Assembly: GCA_028698185.1 (NCBI GenBank)
Contig: JAQVDW010000025.1
Span: forward strand, 1 to 23,963
Source of the DNA: Erysipelotrichaceae bacterium
Lineage (GTDB): Bacteria > Bacillota_I > Bacilli_A > Erysipelotrichales > Coprobacillaceae
DNA length: 23,963 nt
Direction of reading: 5' to 3'
Position 1 is the stretch's first letter, and every line of letters starts with the position of its first letter. The notes below the pieces were generated by a model. The model was not told the DNA's origin, did no database searches, and was given only the letters and a program-made list of their open reading frames with translations. Positions 22,923 to 23,963 of this stretch are shown piece after piece. The position numbers and the translations under genes were made by a program.

Positions 22923-23855
22923 ATGGAAAATTTGATTTTTGCGCTTAATGCGACCATTCCGGTGTTTATCGTGATCGTGATCGGTTATGGATTGCGCCGC
23001 TTAGGGATTATCGATGAGGGTTTTATCCCACCGGCCAACCGGTTCAATTTCAAGATATCTTTGCCTTTGCTGCTTTTCATGCAGATGTGGCGCACCGATC
23101 TCAAGGCGACATTCGACTTTACCTTCGTAGGTTACTGTGCGGTTGCGACGACGGTGATGTTTTTTGGGATCTGGTTTTTCGCTAAGAAAATGATAAGAGA
23201 CAAAGGGGCTGTCGGGGCCTTTGTCCAGGCCAGTTACCGCTCGTCGGCAGCGGTTTTGGGGATTGCCCTGATTTTGAACATGTACAACGATGCCTCGATG
23301 GCCCCGATGATGATCATCGGAGCAGTACCTCTTTTCAATGTATATGCCATCCTTGTCCTGGCGGTCGAGGGAAATCGGAATCTTCGAATAAAAGAGACGC
23401 TGTTCCATGTTTTCACCAATCCGATCATCGTGGCCATTGTGGGCGGTTCGATCGCATCGCTGTTCCAGCTGCGGATGCCCGAGATGGTCCAAAGCGCAGC
23501 GGACATGATCGCCCGGACGGCGACACCTCTGGCGCTGCTTACCATTGGCGGAGCTTTCAAGGGGACCCAGGCGATCGCCAAAATCAAGCTGAGCCTGATT
23601 GCAAGCCTTCTCAAGCTGGTTGTCGTGCCGGCTATATTTCTAGGCGGGGCATTGTTGTTTGATTTCAGCGGGGCGATGATGGTGGCTCTGGTCGTCCTTT
23701 TCGGGGGACCGGCAACACCGACATGCTATGTCATGGCCGACCAGCTTGGCAACGATCAGGTTCTTAGCGGTTCGGTCATCGTTATCACCACCATTTTTTC
23801 AGCGGTCACCCTGACTTTTTGGATCTTCCTTTTGCGCACTATCGGAGCCCTTTAA
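22923..23855 (+). CDS. AEC (auxin efflux carrier) family transporter
   Basis: ATG at 22923 follows AAGGGGGA. 'ALNATIPVFIVIVIGYGLRRLGIIDEGF...FNFKISLPLLLF' is the typical N-terminus of the membrane-transport-protein family. 310 aa with about 10 TM helices. Confidence 0.85.
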   Translation: MENLIFALNATIPVFIVIVIGYGLRRLGIIDEGFIPPANRFNFKISLPLLLFMQMWRTDLKATFDFTFVGYCAVATTVMFFGIWFFAKKMIRDKGAVGAFVQASYRSSAAVLGIALILNMYNDASMAPMMIIGAVPLFNVYAILVLAVEGNRNLRIKETLFHVFTNPIIVAIVGGSIASLFQLRMPEMVQSAADMIARTATPLALLTIGGAFKGTQAIAKIKLSLIASLLKLVVVPAIFLGGALLFDFSGAMMVALVVLFGGPATPTCYVMADQLGNDQVLSGSVIVITTIFSAVTLTFWIFLLRTIGAL

Positions 23856-23893
23856 CAATCAGTAAGATAACTCTTTAAATTGCCCGGGAAATA

Positions 23894-23902
23894 TGATAGA
23901 AT
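23894..23902 (+). promoter_or_regulatory. Candidate extended -10 promoter reading out of the window
   Basis: TG(23894-23895)-a-TAGAAT(23897-23902) with a poor -35. About 60 nt of non-coding leader follows before the window ends. Confidence 0.3.
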
Positions 23903-23963
23903 AAATGACGTGCTCAAGGAATTGTCCCCGTACCTCAGTAGGATAGAGGAACCGCCTCCTAAG

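Noticed and set aside
1-23963. Search by eye for CRISPR repeats, IS inverted repeats, transposase or integrase genes, tRNA or rRNA, prophage genes and long direct repeats
   Set aside because: None was found. Apart from oppA, I saw no compositional break suggesting an island, although this was not computed.

Overview
This looks like a core chromosomal segment of a low-GC Gram-positive (Bacillota-type) genome. The signals for that are strong GGAGG-type ribosome-binding sites (SDs), TGnTATAAT extended -10 promoters, a lipoprotein peptide-binding protein, a PTS and CodY-like boxes. I can support 26 CDS. In order they are: a membrane diguanylate cyclase with a C-terminal degenerate receiver domain; an AdhR/NmlR-like MerR regulator plus flavodoxin operon; amt-glnK; a DUF1294 protein; a Cys-rich GNAT-like protein (minus strand); pflA with no glycyl-radical enzyme gene nearby; a DUF2812-like membrane protein; a small PspC-domain protein; a pepT plus lipid-kinase operon (minus strand); an RNase HI-type gene overlapping a membrane-anchored thermonuclease gene; a five-gene oppABCDF-type peptide ABC transporter; a nanE / PTS-EIICB / RpiR module; a small membrane protein (minus strand); a degenerate GT-A-like protein followed by an AI-2E family transporter; and an AEC family transporter. 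Nine intrinsic terminators and several promoters or operator candidates can be read directly from the sequence. I see no rRNA, tRNA, CRISPR array, IS or transposase, integrase or phage genes. Several ORF-track starts are probably too far upstream, so I moved them to SD-supported starts. I do not see a clear-cut new multi-gene system, and most of the window is ordinary transport and metabolism. The best candidates for something undescribed are: (i) the catalytically degenerate GT-A-like protein coupled to an AI-2E transporter (20780-22870); (ii) the overlapping RNase H / membrane thermonuclease pair (10073-11165); (iii) the TM-GGDEF-pseudoreceiver protein with its structured leader (56-1653); and (iv) the dyad-rich pflA leader plus the DUF2812-like and PspC genes (5589-7842). 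All domain calls come from motif recognition by eye, not from database searches.
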